A stretch of 64,000 nucleotides of DNA from Steroidobacteraceae bacterium (GTDB lineage: Bacteria; Pseudomonadota; Gammaproteobacteria; Steroidobacterales; Steroidobacteraceae): contig JAHCAN010000013.1 in NCBI GenBank assembly GCA_019634915.1, positions 10,045 to 74,044 on the forward strand, given 5' to 3'. How positions within the stretch are numbered: the first letter of the stretch is position 1; the number at the start of each line of letters is the position of its first letter. The position numbers and the translations under genes were made by a program. Shown in pieces: positions 49,761 through 58,979 of this stretch. The notes under the pieces are model-generated. The model ran no database searches. It was given only the letters and a program-made list of their open reading frames with translations, and had not been told where the DNA came from.

Positions 49761-50305
49761 CAGGCGGCGGCACCCCAGGCGATCTTGGCGAGGATGGTTT
49801 CGACCACGCGCGCACCGGTCTCGGTCTGGGCGAAGTCCAGCGGGGCTGCGCCACGCAGTTCGGCCAGCGGGCGGCGCAGCCAGATATTGCCCTTGTCACG
49901 GCTGCCGAACACATTCTCGGCCACGGTCTGAATGCGCAGCATCCGCACGGCGCGGTCGGACTCCTCCAGGGTGAGCGGCTGTTTCTTCCCGGCGCGATGA
50001 CGGCGCGTGCGCTGCGGGATCACGAAGCGATCGATCTCGCTTTCCGAAAAGCCGGCCGCAGCCAGCCCCCTAAGTGCCGCCAGCGGCAAGCGCCGGCCAA
50101 TGGCGAGCGCCAGATCGGCCTGGGAGCGTACAGCCGCACCCAGCACGGACTCGCCACCGAGCTTGCGGGCGACTTCGTCGATGACAGTGGGCACGCGGGC
50201 TCCTTGGGCGAGGCGGCAATATGCCCAACTATAGACGGCATATTGCCGAGCAACAACCCTCAAGGGCATATCGATTCTTGCTGCGGAACTCATCCGGCGC
50301 CCCAT
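49760..50305 (-). CDS. Xre/MbcA/ParS-type antitoxin (DUF2384 toxin-binding domain)
   Basis: C-terminus reads LTLEESDRAVRMLRIQTVAENVFGSRDKGNIWLRRPLAELRGAAPLDFAQTETGARVVETILAKIAWG. Its stop overlaps the RES start by 1 nt, and its ATG overlaps the higA stop (ATGA). Confidence 0.8.
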   Translation of the reverse strand: MGRRMSSAARIDMPLRVVARQYAVYSWAYCRLAQGARVPTVIDEVARKLGGESVLGAAVRSQADLALAIGRRLPLAALRGLAAAGFSESEIDRFVIPQRTRRHRAGKKQPLTLEESDRAVRMLRIQTVAENVFGSRDKGNIWLRRPLAELRGAAPLDFAQTETGARVVETILAKIAWGAAA

Positions 50306-50670
50306 CAGGCCCGCAAACGCGGCAACTTTCGGATGTCGGCGCCGGATTCCTGTTCGGCCACCCGCAATTCGTACAGCTTCTGCAGATTCAACCAGAACTC
50401 GCCACTCGTGCCGAAGAAATGCCCGAGCCGCAGCGCCGTATCTCCGGTGACCGCGCGCTGCCCGTTGATGATCTGCGTGACCCTGTTGGTGGGCACGCGT
50501 ATCTGGCGAGCAAGCTCGGCAGCGCTCATTCCCAGAACCTCGAGTTGTTCGGCGAGATGTTCGCCGGGGTGAATGGCAGTACGCACTTTTCTGGCCTTAA
50601 TGTGCTCCGCGGAATATTCCGTCGAATGCCTTGACCCCGAAGCTCGCCGCAAACCTTCGTGTTCGCGCAT
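50305..50670 (-). CDS. higA: HigA-family antitoxin (no intact higB)
   Basis: Contains IHPGEHLAEQLEVLGMSAAELARQIRVPTNRVTQIINGQRAVTGDTALRLGHFFGTSGEFWLNLQ. The roughly 30-aa N-terminal extension may be spurious. Confidence 0.8.
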   Translation of the reverse strand: MREHEGLRRASGSRHSTEYSAEHIKARKVRTAIHPGEHLAEQLEVLGMSAAELARQIRVPTNRVTQIINGQRAVTGDTALRLGHFFGTSGEFWLNLQKLYELRVAEQESGADIRKLPRLRA

Positions 50671-50807
50671 CGCGATAACCCAGAATCATGCCTTATTACC
50701 TTGTGCCGTTATACGCATTACGTCAAGCGTAACTACTATCCATGAGACCGATGGTGAATGTAATTGTGAGCATTGGCTCACGCGATCGGTGAAACCTGTG
50801 TCATTGC

Positions 50808-50822
50808 CCCGAAATTGCGCAC
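50808..50822. repeat. 15-nt core CCCGAAATTGCGCAC, copy 2, followed by a degenerate pilD 3'-end fragment (50838-50866)
   Basis: GCCGCGGTCGACATCGCGCTGATGTGGGA compares with GCCGCGGCCGGCTGGATCGCGCTGATGTGGGG in copies A and B. Confidence 0.8.
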
Positions 50823-50917
50823 TTGCTGGCGCAGGGTGCCGCGGTCGACATCGCGCTGATGTGGGACCGCCTCAGACCATCAGGCCCGCAGGTATAGCAG
50901 TGCCTCCAGCGAGGCAA

Positions 50918-51133
50918 CTACGTCGTGCGCACTTTCACCACTTCACCTCTCGAGGTGGGCTGAGGAACTGGTTGCCCTGATTCGCGTAGCGCTTCGATGT
51001 GAAGGGCAATGGCGTCGCGAATGAGCCTCACAGCGTCGCGGTGGGTGTCGGAAGCTGCGATACAACCGGGCAGATCCGGCACATATGCTCCGTAGCTGGA
51101 TGCGCCCTTCTCCACAATAACGAGATATTCCAT
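50918..51133 (-). CDS. hicB: HicB-family antitoxin (second orphan)
   Basis: Contains MEYLVIVEKGASSYGAYVPDLPGCIAASDTHRDAVRLIRDAIALHIEALRESGQPVP. Only a 14-codon ORF lies upstream. Confidence 0.8.
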   Translation of the reverse strand: MEYLVIVEKGASSYGAYVPDLPGCIAASDTHRDAVRLIRDAIALHIEALRESGQPVPQPTSRGEVVKVRTT

Positions 51134-51184
51134 GGCCCGGCCCTCAGTCCTTCTTGAGCCTCACGCTCTTCAGAATAGGGTGTT

Positions 51185-51511
51185 TCATCCGGCGGCGACA
51201 GTTATGCCGTGCCGCCGCGCGTGCCGGATGGGACGTACAACGATCTCGACATGTTGATCCAGGGCCACCAACGCGTGCATCAGCCGTTCGAGCGAGATGT
51301 TCTGCAATTTGTAGCAACGAACCTGGGATATTTTTGGCTGGGTCATGCCAATGACGGCAGCTGCTTCGATCTGTTTGAGGCCGCGCTCGTCGATCAACTC
51401 ATTCAACCTGACCGCAAGCGCGGCCTTGGCCGACAGCTCCTCCGCATCGTCGAAGCCAAGGTCGAGTAATACGTTGGCAGTACCTCGAGAGCCCTGCTTG
51501 CGTGACATCAT
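51185..51511 (-). CDS. XRE-family (HTH_37-like) antitoxin
   Basis: Contains VLLDLGFDDAEELSAKAALAVRLNELIDERGLKQIEAAAVIGMTQPKISQVRCYKLQNISLERLMHALVALDQHVEIVV. Confidence 0.75.
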   Translation of the reverse strand: MMSRKQGSRGTANVLLDLGFDDAEELSAKAALAVRLNELIDERGLKQIEAAAVIGMTQPKISQVRCYKLQNISLERLMHALVALDQHVEIVVRPIRHARRHGITVAAG

Positions 51512-51704
51512 GATCTCCTGCTGCTCCCATAACGGGCGAGCAATGCCTCAAATCACCAGTTTGCATTTCGCGCTCGTGATTATATCTGTTCGGATATAGA
51601 GTGCAAACCGCTGATTCCATGCGGTGATTGCATCGCGGTCGACCTCGCCACGAAACTTGATCACGAGAATCACCCCAGGCGATTCGCTAATCCACGCCAT
51701 CGAA

Positions 51705-51719
51705 CCCGAAATTGCGCAC
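51705..51719. repeat. 15-nt core CCCGAAATTGCGCAC, copy 3, about 70 nt upstream of coaE
   Basis: Read directly. Confidence 0.9.
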
Positions 51720-51789
51720 CCACGACCGCAAGGCAATAATCGATGCAATGCACACCTTCGCCGCAACCAGTCTCTCGCGGTAACCCCCG

Positions 51790-52434
51790 ATGCAGAAGAC
51801 CTTCCGCGTCGGCCTCACCGGCGGCATCGCCAGCGGCAAGACCACGGTCGCCAATCTCTTCGCCGCGCTCGGCGTGCCGGTCATCGACACCGACCAGATC
51901 TCGCGCGACGTCACGGCCCCAGGCTCGCCGCTACTCGTGCAGCTGCGCGACGCTTTCGGCCCCGACATCCTGACGCCCGACGGCGCGCTCGACCGCAAGG
52001 CGCTGCGCGCGCGCGTGTTCGGCGATAGCCCCGAGGCGACCGCGGCACGCCGCCGGCTCGAAGCGCTGACCCATCCGGCGATCCTCGCCGAGATGGAGGC
52101 GCGCTCGGCGCGGGCCGGCGGGCCCTATCAGATCCTCGCGATCCCGCTGCTCACCGAGGGCCAGTCGCGCTCGCGCGTCGATCGCGTGCTGGTCGTCGAC
52201 GCCGACGAGGCCACGCAGATCCGCCGCCAGCAGGCCCGCGACGGCTCGACCCTCACCGAGGCGCGCGCGGTGCTCGCGGCGCAGGCCGACCGGGCCACGC
52301 GGCTCGCGGCCGCCGACGACGTGATCCGCAACGACGGCGACATTGGCGCGCTCGCGGCCCAGGTCGAGCGGCTGCATGCGGCCTATCTGGCCGCCGCGGG
52401 CGTTTACGGGGGCGGACGGCGTCAAGCACAATAG
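51790..52434 (+). CDS. coaE: Dephospho-CoA kinase
   Basis: P-loop VGLTGGIASGKTTV. Conserved position between pilD and zapD. Confidence 0.9.
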   Translation: MQKTFRVGLTGGIASGKTTVANLFAALGVPVIDTDQISRDVTAPGSPLLVQLRDAFGPDILTPDGALDRKALRARVFGDSPEATAARRRLEALTHPAILAEMEARSARAGGPYQILAIPLLTEGQSRSRVDRVLVVDADEATQIRRQQARDGSTLTEARAVLAAQADRATRLAAADDVIRNDGDIGALAAQVERLHAAYLAAAGVYGGGRRQAQ

Positions 52435-52438
52435 CCGG

Positions 52439-53245
52439 ATGTCCGACGATCCGGCGAAGGCCGAGGCCGCTGTGGCCGAGGAGACCGAACTCGTGTTCGA
52501 GCAGCCGCTCAACGAGCGGATGCGTACTTTCCTGCGTATCGACTTCCTGTACGGGCAGGCCACCTACCACAACGAGCGCGCCAGCGAATGGGGCAGCCGC
52601 GCCGCGGTCGCGAGCCTGATCGACATCCTCGCGATCATCACGCGCGGCGACACGCGCGCCGATGCGCTGAAGGATCTCGAGCGCCACCTGACGCTGCTGA
52701 ACGAGTTCCAGGCGAAGCCGAAGGTCGACGGCGCCCGGCTGCGCACCGTGATGTCGACGCTGATCCGCCTGCGCACCGAGCTGCTCGCGGCGGGCTCGGC
52801 CTGGCTGCAGCCGCTCAAGGAGTCCGAGTTCCTCGCGGCGATCAAGCATCGCAGCGCGATCCCGGGCGGCACCTGCGAGTTCGACCTGCCCGATTATTTC
52901 TACTGGCTGCAGCAACCCGCCGAGGTCCGCGCGCAGACGTTCAACGAATGGCTCACGCGGCTGCGCCCGCTGTGCGATTCGATCTCGGAGCTGCTGTGGC
53001 TGACCCGCCAGAACGGTCGCGCCCGCGACGAGGTCGCGAAGGGCGGCGTGTTCCACATCACCTTCGACCGCGAATCCCCGGTGCAGCTGCTGCGCATCAG
53101 CCTGCCGCAGTCGCTAGGGCTCTACCCCGAAATCAGCGGCAGCCACTACCGCTCGAGCGTGCGATTCCTCACCTGGAACGGCCTCGATGCACGCCCGACG
53201 CAGACCACGGCCGACGTGCCGTTTCGCCTGAGCTGCTGCAGTTGA
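52439..53245 (+). CDS. zapD: Cell division protein ZapD (YacF)
   Basis: Start MSDDPAKA (ATG at 52439). Contains [19 protein letters not shown] and sits between coaE and yacG. Confidence 0.85.
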   Translation: MSDDPAKAEAAVAEETELVFEQPLNERMRTFLRIDFLYGQATYHNERASEWGSRAAVASLIDILAIITRGDTRADALKDLERHLTLLNEFQAKPKVDGARLRTVMSTLIRLRTELLAAGSAWLQPLKESEFLAAIKHRSAIPGGTCEFDLPDYFYWLQQPAEVRAQTFNEWLTRLRPLCDSISELLWLTRQNGRARDEVAKGGVFHITFDRESPVQLLRISLPQSLGLYPEISGSHYRSSVRFLTWNGLDARPTQTTADVPFRLSCCS

Positions 53246-53436
53246 AGGTCGCCTGCCCCACCTGCAAGCGCGAGACCGAGTGGTCGGCCGACGCGCCCTA
53301 CCGGCCGTTCTGCAGCGAACGCTGCCGGCTGATCGACCTCGGCGCCTGGCTCAGCGAGGAACACGCGATTCCCGGCGAAGAGCTGCCGCGGGAGATCGAC
53401 GAGGAGGCTAATTCTCCCCCTCACCGGACACGCTGA
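53242..53436 (+). CDS. yacG: DNA gyrase inhibitor YacG (zinc finger)
   Basis: Contains [10 protein letters not shown]...[23 protein letters not shown]. The probable TTG start overlaps the zapD stop. Confidence 0.8.
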   Translation: MKVACPTCKRETEWSADAPYRPFCSERCRLIDLGAWLSEEHAIPGEELPREIDEEANSPPHRTR

Positions 53437-53800
53437 GGGCGGCGATCGCTCGGCGCAATACTGCGGCATCCATTTGGTCCTTGGGTCTGACGCCTTGCTT
53501 GGTCAGCAATAACCCTTCGAGGCTCAATACCTGCAACGGGACGCCGTCCATAAAGACATCCGCTTCCGCCCCGAGCTCCCTCACGGCGCCATCGGGCAGG
53601 CGGCCGAGTGCCAATACCCAGCGGCGGGCGTTCTCGGCACCAGGCTCGACCAGTATGTCGATATCCTCGGAGAAACGATTGAGCCCATGCGCGGCGATTG
53701 CATAGCCGCCGACGAGTGCATATTCGACACCGGCATCCGCGAGATACCTGGCCAGCTCTCGCAGATCGTCCCAGGTCGCCGGTCGCGTGTACTCAGCCAC
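53408..53800 (-). CDS. Small nucleotidyltransferase-fold protein (AbiEii/MNT-like)
   Basis: Contains [29 protein letters not shown]. Its 3' end overlaps the yacG 3' end by 29 nt (convergent). Confidence 0.6.
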   Translation of the reverse strand: MAEYTRPATWDDLRELARYLADAGVEYALVGGYAIAAHGLNRFSEDIDILVEPGAENARRWVLALGRLPDGAVRELGAEADVFMDGVPLQVLSLEGLLLTKQGVRPKDQMDAAVLRRAIAALSVSGEGEN

Positions 53801-54050
53801 GCTCCGACCGGCGCGCGATCATTGCATCGATGGTCCAGCGCTCGCGATCGCGCGCCATCTCCTCGTGAGTCCGATAGACGAAGACACCCTTTGGCGCCCG
53901 TGTCAGGTAGCGCGCATTCGCGGTCATCGCATCGCGGGCTGCTCTCGACGGCAATTGGCCAATCGGCGGCGCCACTCGCCGCCCGACGATTCGCTGAATC
54001 GGTTGCTGGTCCGGTGCGATCGAGGGCGCGGCGGGTACGGCGCGTTTCAT
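53793..54050 (-). CDS. Small hypothetical protein, putative partner of the nucleotidyltransferase
   Basis: 85 aa, overlaps the nucleotidyltransferase start by 8 nt. C-terminus reads KGVFVYRTHEEMARDRERWTIDAM. No family assigned. Confidence 0.4.
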   Translation of the reverse strand: MKRAVPAAPSIAPDQQPIQRIVGRRVAPPIGQLPSRAARDAMTANARYLTRAPKGVFVYRTHEEMARDRERWTIDAMIARRSERG

Positions 54051-54066
54051 GGCAGGATTATATGCC

Positions 54067-56235
54067 TCAGCCCGCCGGCTGCGCCGCCGCCGTCGCAGGC
54101 ACCGGCACGCCGAGCGCCTTCGCGGCGAACGCCCACTCGTCAGCGAAATCCTCGATCTGCATCCATACCGGCTTGCCGGCGCCGTGGCCGGCGCGGGTCT
54201 CGATGCGGATCAGGATCGGATTGGCGCAGCCCTGCGCGGCCTGCAGCGCCGCGGCGAACTTGTAGCTGTGCCACGGCACGACGCGGTCGTCGCGATCAGC
54301 GGTCGTCACGAGCGTCGGCGGATAGCAGACGCCCTTCTTCACGTTGTGCACCGGTGAATAGGCGCGCAGCGCCTTGAACTGCTCGGGGTCCTCGCTGAGC
54401 CCGAAGTCGCCCGACCATTGGCGCGCGTTCGCGCTCGCGTACTGGTAGCGCAGCATGTCGTGCACGCCGACGCCGGGCAGCGCCGCGCCGAACAGCTCCG
54501 GCCGCTGCAGCATCACCGCACCGACCAGCAGCCCACCGTTGCTGCGCCCGTTGATCACGAGGCGCGAAGGCTGTGTGTATTTCTCGCGGATCAGGTATTC
54601 GGCCGCGGCGATGAAGTCGTCGAACACGTTCTGCTTGTGCAGCACCGTGCCGGCGTCGTGCCAGGCCTCGCCGTACTCGCCGCCGCCGCGCAGATTCGCC
54701 TCGGCGTACACGCCACCCATTTCGAGCCACGCGAGCACCGTGGGGCGGAACGCCGGCGTCAGCGAAATGTTGAAGCCGCCGTAGCCATAGAGCAGCACTG
54801 GCTGATTGCCGTCGCGCGGCATGTCGCGCCGATGCGTGATGAACATCGGGATGCGCGTGCCGTCCTTGCTCGGATAGAACACCTGCTCGGTGACGAAGGC
54901 CGACGTATCCGCGTCGATCTTCGGCGCGCGGAACGTGCTGACGGCGTTCTTCGCCGTATCGAGCCGCAGGATGCGGGTCGGCGCGAGGAAGTCGGAGAAC
55001 GCAAAAAACGCTTCCGGATCGTCGCTGTCGGTCTCGAAGCCGCCCGCCGAGCCCGGCCCCGGCAGCGGCACCTCGCCGACCGGCTTGCCATCGCGCTCGA
55101 AGAGTTGCACGACATTGCGCGCATCCTGCAGGTAGCTGACGACGATCCGGTCGCCGGATATCGCCGCGTCGCCAATCGCGGTGTCCGCCTCGGGCACGAC
55201 CGTGCGCGCACTCGCGGCCGACGGGGCCTTGCGATCCACCGCGAGCACGCGCCAGTTGGGCGCGCCCGCATTGGTGGTGAAATAGAGGAAGTCGGCGTCA
55301 TCGCCGGCGAAGCCGTAGTTCGCGTCGAAGCCGGTGAACAGCTTCGTGACCGCGCCGTCGGGGCGCGAGATGTCCTTCAGCACGACACCGTCACGGCGCG
55401 TGTCTTCGTAGATCGAAATCACGAGCAGCTTGCCGTCGCCGGTGATGTCGGCCGACGGCGCGCGCGTCGGGTGATCGGTCACCGCATAGACCAGTGCGTC
55501 GCGCTCCTGCGGCTCACCGAGGCGATGGAAGTACACGGCGGGCCGGGCGGCATCGTCGCCATGGCCGTCAGCGCGCGCCGGATAGCGGCTGTAGTAGACG
55601 CCCGAGCCATCCTTCGCCCAGCTCAGCTGCCAGAACTTCACGCGCCGCAGTTCATCGGGCAGATCAGTGCCGTCGTCGACACGGCGGAATTTCCAGATCT
55701 CCCAGTCGGTGCCGCCGTCGGACAGTGAATACGCGACCAGCTTGCCGTCGGCGCTCGGCTCGACGCGAGCGAGCGCCACGGTCGCATCCTGGCTCGCGGC
55801 ATTGGGATCGAACAGCACGCGGCCCGTCGCGTCGATCGAATCGCTGACATAGAGCACGCTCTGGTTCTGCGTGCCGTCGTTGCGCAGGTAGAAGTAGCGG
55901 CCACCGGCCTTCTTCGGCACGCCGAAGCGCTCGTAGTTCCACAGCTTCGTGAGCCGCTCCTTGACCCAGGCGCGTTGCGGAATCGCCTCGAGCCACGGCT
56001 GCGCGAGCGCATTCTCGGCCGCGACCCACTTCTTCGTGGCGGGCGAGTCGAGCTGCTCGAACCAGCGATAGGGATCGGCGACGCGGGTGCCGAAGTAGTC
56101 GTCGACGACCGGGCCGCGCGGGGCAGCGGGGTAACGCAGGGCGGAGCCGGCGACCGCCGCGGCGCCGAGCGCCACCGCGCCGAGCGCGAGGGCACGGGAC
56201 ACACGACGATGGCGCATCGTTTGGCGGAGCTTCAT
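54067..56235 (-). CDS. Prolyl oligopeptidase (S9A)
   Basis: 722 aa with a signal peptide and beta-propeller. Catalytic region [21 protein letters not shown] and GHGAGKP. Confidence 0.9.
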   Translation of the reverse strand: MKLRQTMRHRRVSRALALGAVALGAAAVAGSALRYPAAPRGPVVDDYFGTRVADPYRWFEQLDSPATKKWVAAENALAQPWLEAIPQRAWVKERLTKLWNYERFGVPKKAGGRYFYLRNDGTQNQSVLYVSDSIDATGRVLFDPNAASQDATVALARVEPSADGKLVAYSLSDGGTDWEIWKFRRVDDGTDLPDELRRVKFWQLSWAKDGSGVYYSRYPARADGHGDDAARPAVYFHRLGEPQERDALVYAVTDHPTRAPSADITGDGKLLVISIYEDTRRDGVVLKDISRPDGAVTKLFTGFDANYGFAGDDADFLYFTTNAGAPNWRVLAVDRKAPSAASARTVVPEADTAIGDAAISGDRIVVSYLQDARNVVQLFERDGKPVGEVPLPGPGSAGGFETDSDDPEAFFAFSDFLAPTRILRLDTAKNAVSTFRAPKIDADTSAFVTEQVFYPSKDGTRIPMFITHRRDMPRDGNQPVLLYGYGGFNISLTPAFRPTVLAWLEMGGVYAEANLRGGGEYGEAWHDAGTVLHKQNVFDDFIAAAEYLIREKYTQPSRLVINGRSNGGLLVGAVMLQRPELFGAALPGVGVHDMLRYQYASANARQWSGDFGLSEDPEQFKALRAYSPVHNVKKGVCYPPTLVTTADRDDRVVPWHSYKFAAALQAAQGCANPILIRIETRAGHGAGKPVWMQIEDFADEWAFAAKALGVPVPATAAAQPAG

Positions 56236-56291
56236 TTTATACCTACACTTGAAGCCTGCAGATGCCGCAGTTTAGCAAAGGGATCGCCCGT

Positions 56292-58550
56292 ATGACCGCA
56301 CCTCGCCCGGTGTGCTTCGTCGTATTTCTGCTGTGCCTCGGCGCGCTGCCGGCCTTCGCCGCGGACCTGACGGTCGAGCGCCTGTTCGCCGCCCCCGATC
56401 TGTCCGGCCCGACGCTGCGCGGCGCGGCATTCACGCCGGACGGCAAGCGCATCACTTACCTGCGCGCGAAATCGGACGCGAAGGATGTCTACGACCTCTG
56501 GGCCTACGACATCGGCTCTCGCCGCCACGCGCTGCTGGTCGACTCCTCGCGGCTCGCGACCGCGGGCCAGGCGCTGTCCGCCGAGGAAGAGGCGCGGCGC
56601 GAGCGCCAGCGCACCTCCTCGCTCGGCGGCATCGTCGAGTACGACCTGTCCGCTGATGGCCGGCACATCCTGATCCCGCTCGGCGGCGATCTCTATCTGT
56701 ACGATCTCGGCGCGCCGGCCGGGCGCGCAGTGCGACGCCTCACCGAAACGGCCGCCTACGAAACCGACGCGAAATTCTCACCGCGCGGGCGGTATGTGAG
56801 CTTTGTCCGCGACCAGAACCTGCACGCGATCGAACTGGCGAGCGGCCGCGAAATCGCACTCACGACCGGCGGAGGCGGCCTCGTCTCGTACGGCATGGCG
56901 GAGTTCATCGCGCAGGAGGAGATGAACCGCAACACCGGCTACTGGTGGTCACCCGACGAGGCGTACATCGCGTACGCACGCGTCGACGAGTCTGCGGTCG
57001 CCGAAGTCGAGCGCTTCGAGATCTACGCCGATCGCATCGCGGTCGTGAAGCAGCGCTATCCGGCGACCGGTGCGCGCAACGCCGAGGTGCAACTGCACGT
57101 CGCGCCGCTCGGTGGCGGCGCTGCCGTGCAGGTCGATCTCGGCGCCAATCCCGATATCTATCTCGCGCGGGTGAAGTGGTTCCCGGACAGCAGCGCACTC
57201 GCCGTACAGCGCCAGAGCCGCGACCAGAAGACGCTGACGCTGCTGAAAGCCGATCCGGCGAGCGGCATTGCGCGCACGCTGCTCGAGGAGCATTCCGACA
57301 CCTGGGTCGACATCGTCGACGATTTCGTGTTCGTGTCGGATCGCGGCGATTTCCTGTGGGGATCGAGCCGCTCGGGCTTCCAGCATCTCTATCTCTACGC
57401 GCCCGACGGCACATTACGCCACGCGGTCACGAGCGGCGAGTGGATGGTCACGGCAGAGGACCGTGGCGACTCGCTGCGCGCGATCCGCGGCGTCGATCGC
57501 GCGCGCGGCCTCGTGTATTTCATCGCGAACCTCGCCTCGCCGATCGAGCGGCAGCTCTACGTGACCTCCTGGCGCCGGCCGGGCGAGCCGCGCCGCGTCT
57601 CGCAACAGGCGGGCTGGCACACGGTGCGCATGTCTCCCGATGCGCGCTACTACCTCGACACCTGGTCCGACAGCGAACACCCGCCCACGGTCACGCTGCG
57701 TAACGTCGATGGTCGAGCGCGTGACGTGCTGGTCGCGAACGCACTCGACGCCGCGCACCCCTACGCGCCCTACCTCGACTCGCACCAGCCGGCGCAGTTC
57801 GGCACGCTCGAGGCGAGCGACGGGCAGACGCTTTACTACCAGCTCACGCTGCCGAAAGGCCTGCAGCCCGGCAAGCGCTACCCGGTGATCGTCGAGGTGT
57901 ACGGCGGGCCGAGCGTGCTCGGCCGCGTGCGCAACGCCTGGGGCAATCTCTACCGCGAATACCTCGCGCAGTCGGGCTATGTCGTGTTCACGCTCGACAA
58001 CCGCGGCACCGCGTTTCGCGGCATGAAATTCGACACCGCGGCCTGGCATCACCTCGGCTCGGTCGAGGTCGAGGACCAGGTGCGCGGCGTGGAATTCCTG
58101 CGCACGCTGCCGTTCGTCGACCCGGCGCGCATCGGCATCTGGGGCTGGAGCTACGGCGGCTACATGACGCTGATGTGCATGACGCAGGCGCCCGGGCATT
58201 TCGCGGCGGGCGTGGCGGGCGCGCCGGTCACCGACTTCCGCCTCTACGACACGCACTACACCGAGCGCTACATGGGCACCCCGGCGGAGAACCCCGCCGG
58301 CTACGAGGCCGCGAGCGTGATGACGCACGCCGAAGGCCTCGCCGGCCCGCTGCTGGTCATGCACGGCATGGCCGACGACAACGTGCTCTTCACCAACAGC
58401 ACGGCGCTCTTCAAGCGCCTGCAGGACCTCGGCAAGCCTTTCGATGTGATGGTCTATCCCGGCGCGAAGCACGGGCTGACCCGGCACGCGGACACCGGGC
58501 CGCATGCGCTGTCGATGGTGAAGCGCTTCTTCGACGAGAAACTGAAGTAG
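56292..58550 (+). CDS. Dipeptidyl-peptidase IV family (S9B)
   Basis: Signal peptide MTAPRPVCFVVFLLCLGALPAFA (an alternative ATG is at 56262). DPP-IV N-terminal propeller, catalytic GWSYGGYM, and DDNV/HG. Confidence 0.9.
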   Translation: MTAPRPVCFVVFLLCLGALPAFAADLTVERLFAAPDLSGPTLRGAAFTPDGKRITYLRAKSDAKDVYDLWAYDIGSRRHALLVDSSRLATAGQALSAEEEARRERQRTSSLGGIVEYDLSADGRHILIPLGGDLYLYDLGAPAGRAVRRLTETAAYETDAKFSPRGRYVSFVRDQNLHAIELASGREIALTTGGGGLVSYGMAEFIAQEEMNRNTGYWWSPDEAYIAYARVDESAVAEVERFEIYADRIAVVKQRYPATGARNAEVQLHVAPLGGGAAVQVDLGANPDIYLARVKWFPDSSALAVQRQSRDQKTLTLLKADPASGIARTLLEEHSDTWVDIVDDFVFVSDRGDFLWGSSRSGFQHLYLYAPDGTLRHAVTSGEWMVTAEDRGDSLRAIRGVDRARGLVYFIANLASPIERQLYVTSWRRPGEPRRVSQQAGWHTVRMSPDARYYLDTWSDSEHPPTVTLRNVDGRARDVLVANALDAAHPYAPYLDSHQPAQFGTLEASDGQTLYYQLTLPKGLQPGKRYPVIVEVYGGPSVLGRVRNAWGNLYREYLAQSGYVVFTLDNRGTAFRGMKFDTAAWHHLGSVEVEDQVRGVEFLRTLPFVDPARIGIWGWSYGGYMTLMCMTQAPGHFAAGVAGAPVTDFRLYDTHYTERYMGTPAENPAGYEAASVMTHAEGLAGPLLVMHGMADDNVLFTNSTALFKRLQDLGKPFDVMVYPGAKHGLTRHADTGPHALSMVKRFFDEKLK

Positions 58551-58637
58551 CGCGGCGACTCGCAGCTTGCTCGTTCCCGTGTAATCATATATGCTCTCAA
58601 GAGCGTATTAAGTAGATTAATATACACTTGAGCGCAT

Positions 58638-58979
58638 ATGCCAGCACGTAATACACTTACGGCGGCGGCGCCGTACCCCGTGGAACAGGCGCTCAAGCGC
58701 CTGGGCGCCAACCTGCGCACGGCCCGGCTGCGGCGAAATCTGACTATCGAGAACGTCGCACAGAAGATCGGTACCGGGCCGAGGCCCGTCGCCGACGCCG
58801 AGAAGGGCAAGGTTTCAACGAGCGCTGCGGTCTACATGGCGCTGCTGTGGGCTTACGACCTGCTGGCTCCGGTGGACTCTATTGCCGACCCCGCCCTCGA
58901 TCGCGAGGGGCTCGCACTGTCCATCCGACGCAAACGCGCACGGACGCAGCGCTCGCAGGAGCTGGACAGTGACTTCTGA
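58638..58979 (+). CDS. hipB: XRE-family antitoxin HipB-like
   Basis: HTH region LGANLRTARLRRNLTIENVAQKIG. Immediately precedes and overlaps hipA. Confidence 0.75.
   Translation: MPARNTLTAAAPYPVEQALKRLGANLRTARLRRNLTIENVAQKIGTGPRPVADAEKGKVSTSAAVYMALLWAYDLLAPVDSIADPALDREGLALSIRRKRARTQRSQELDSDF

Noticed and set aside
51144-51188. A 14-codon ORF (MKHPILKSVRLKKD) upstream of the second hicB, considered as a possible HicA.
   Set aside because: It is far too short for HicA (about 60-80 aa) and shows only vague resemblance to a HicA C-terminus. At best it is a remnant.
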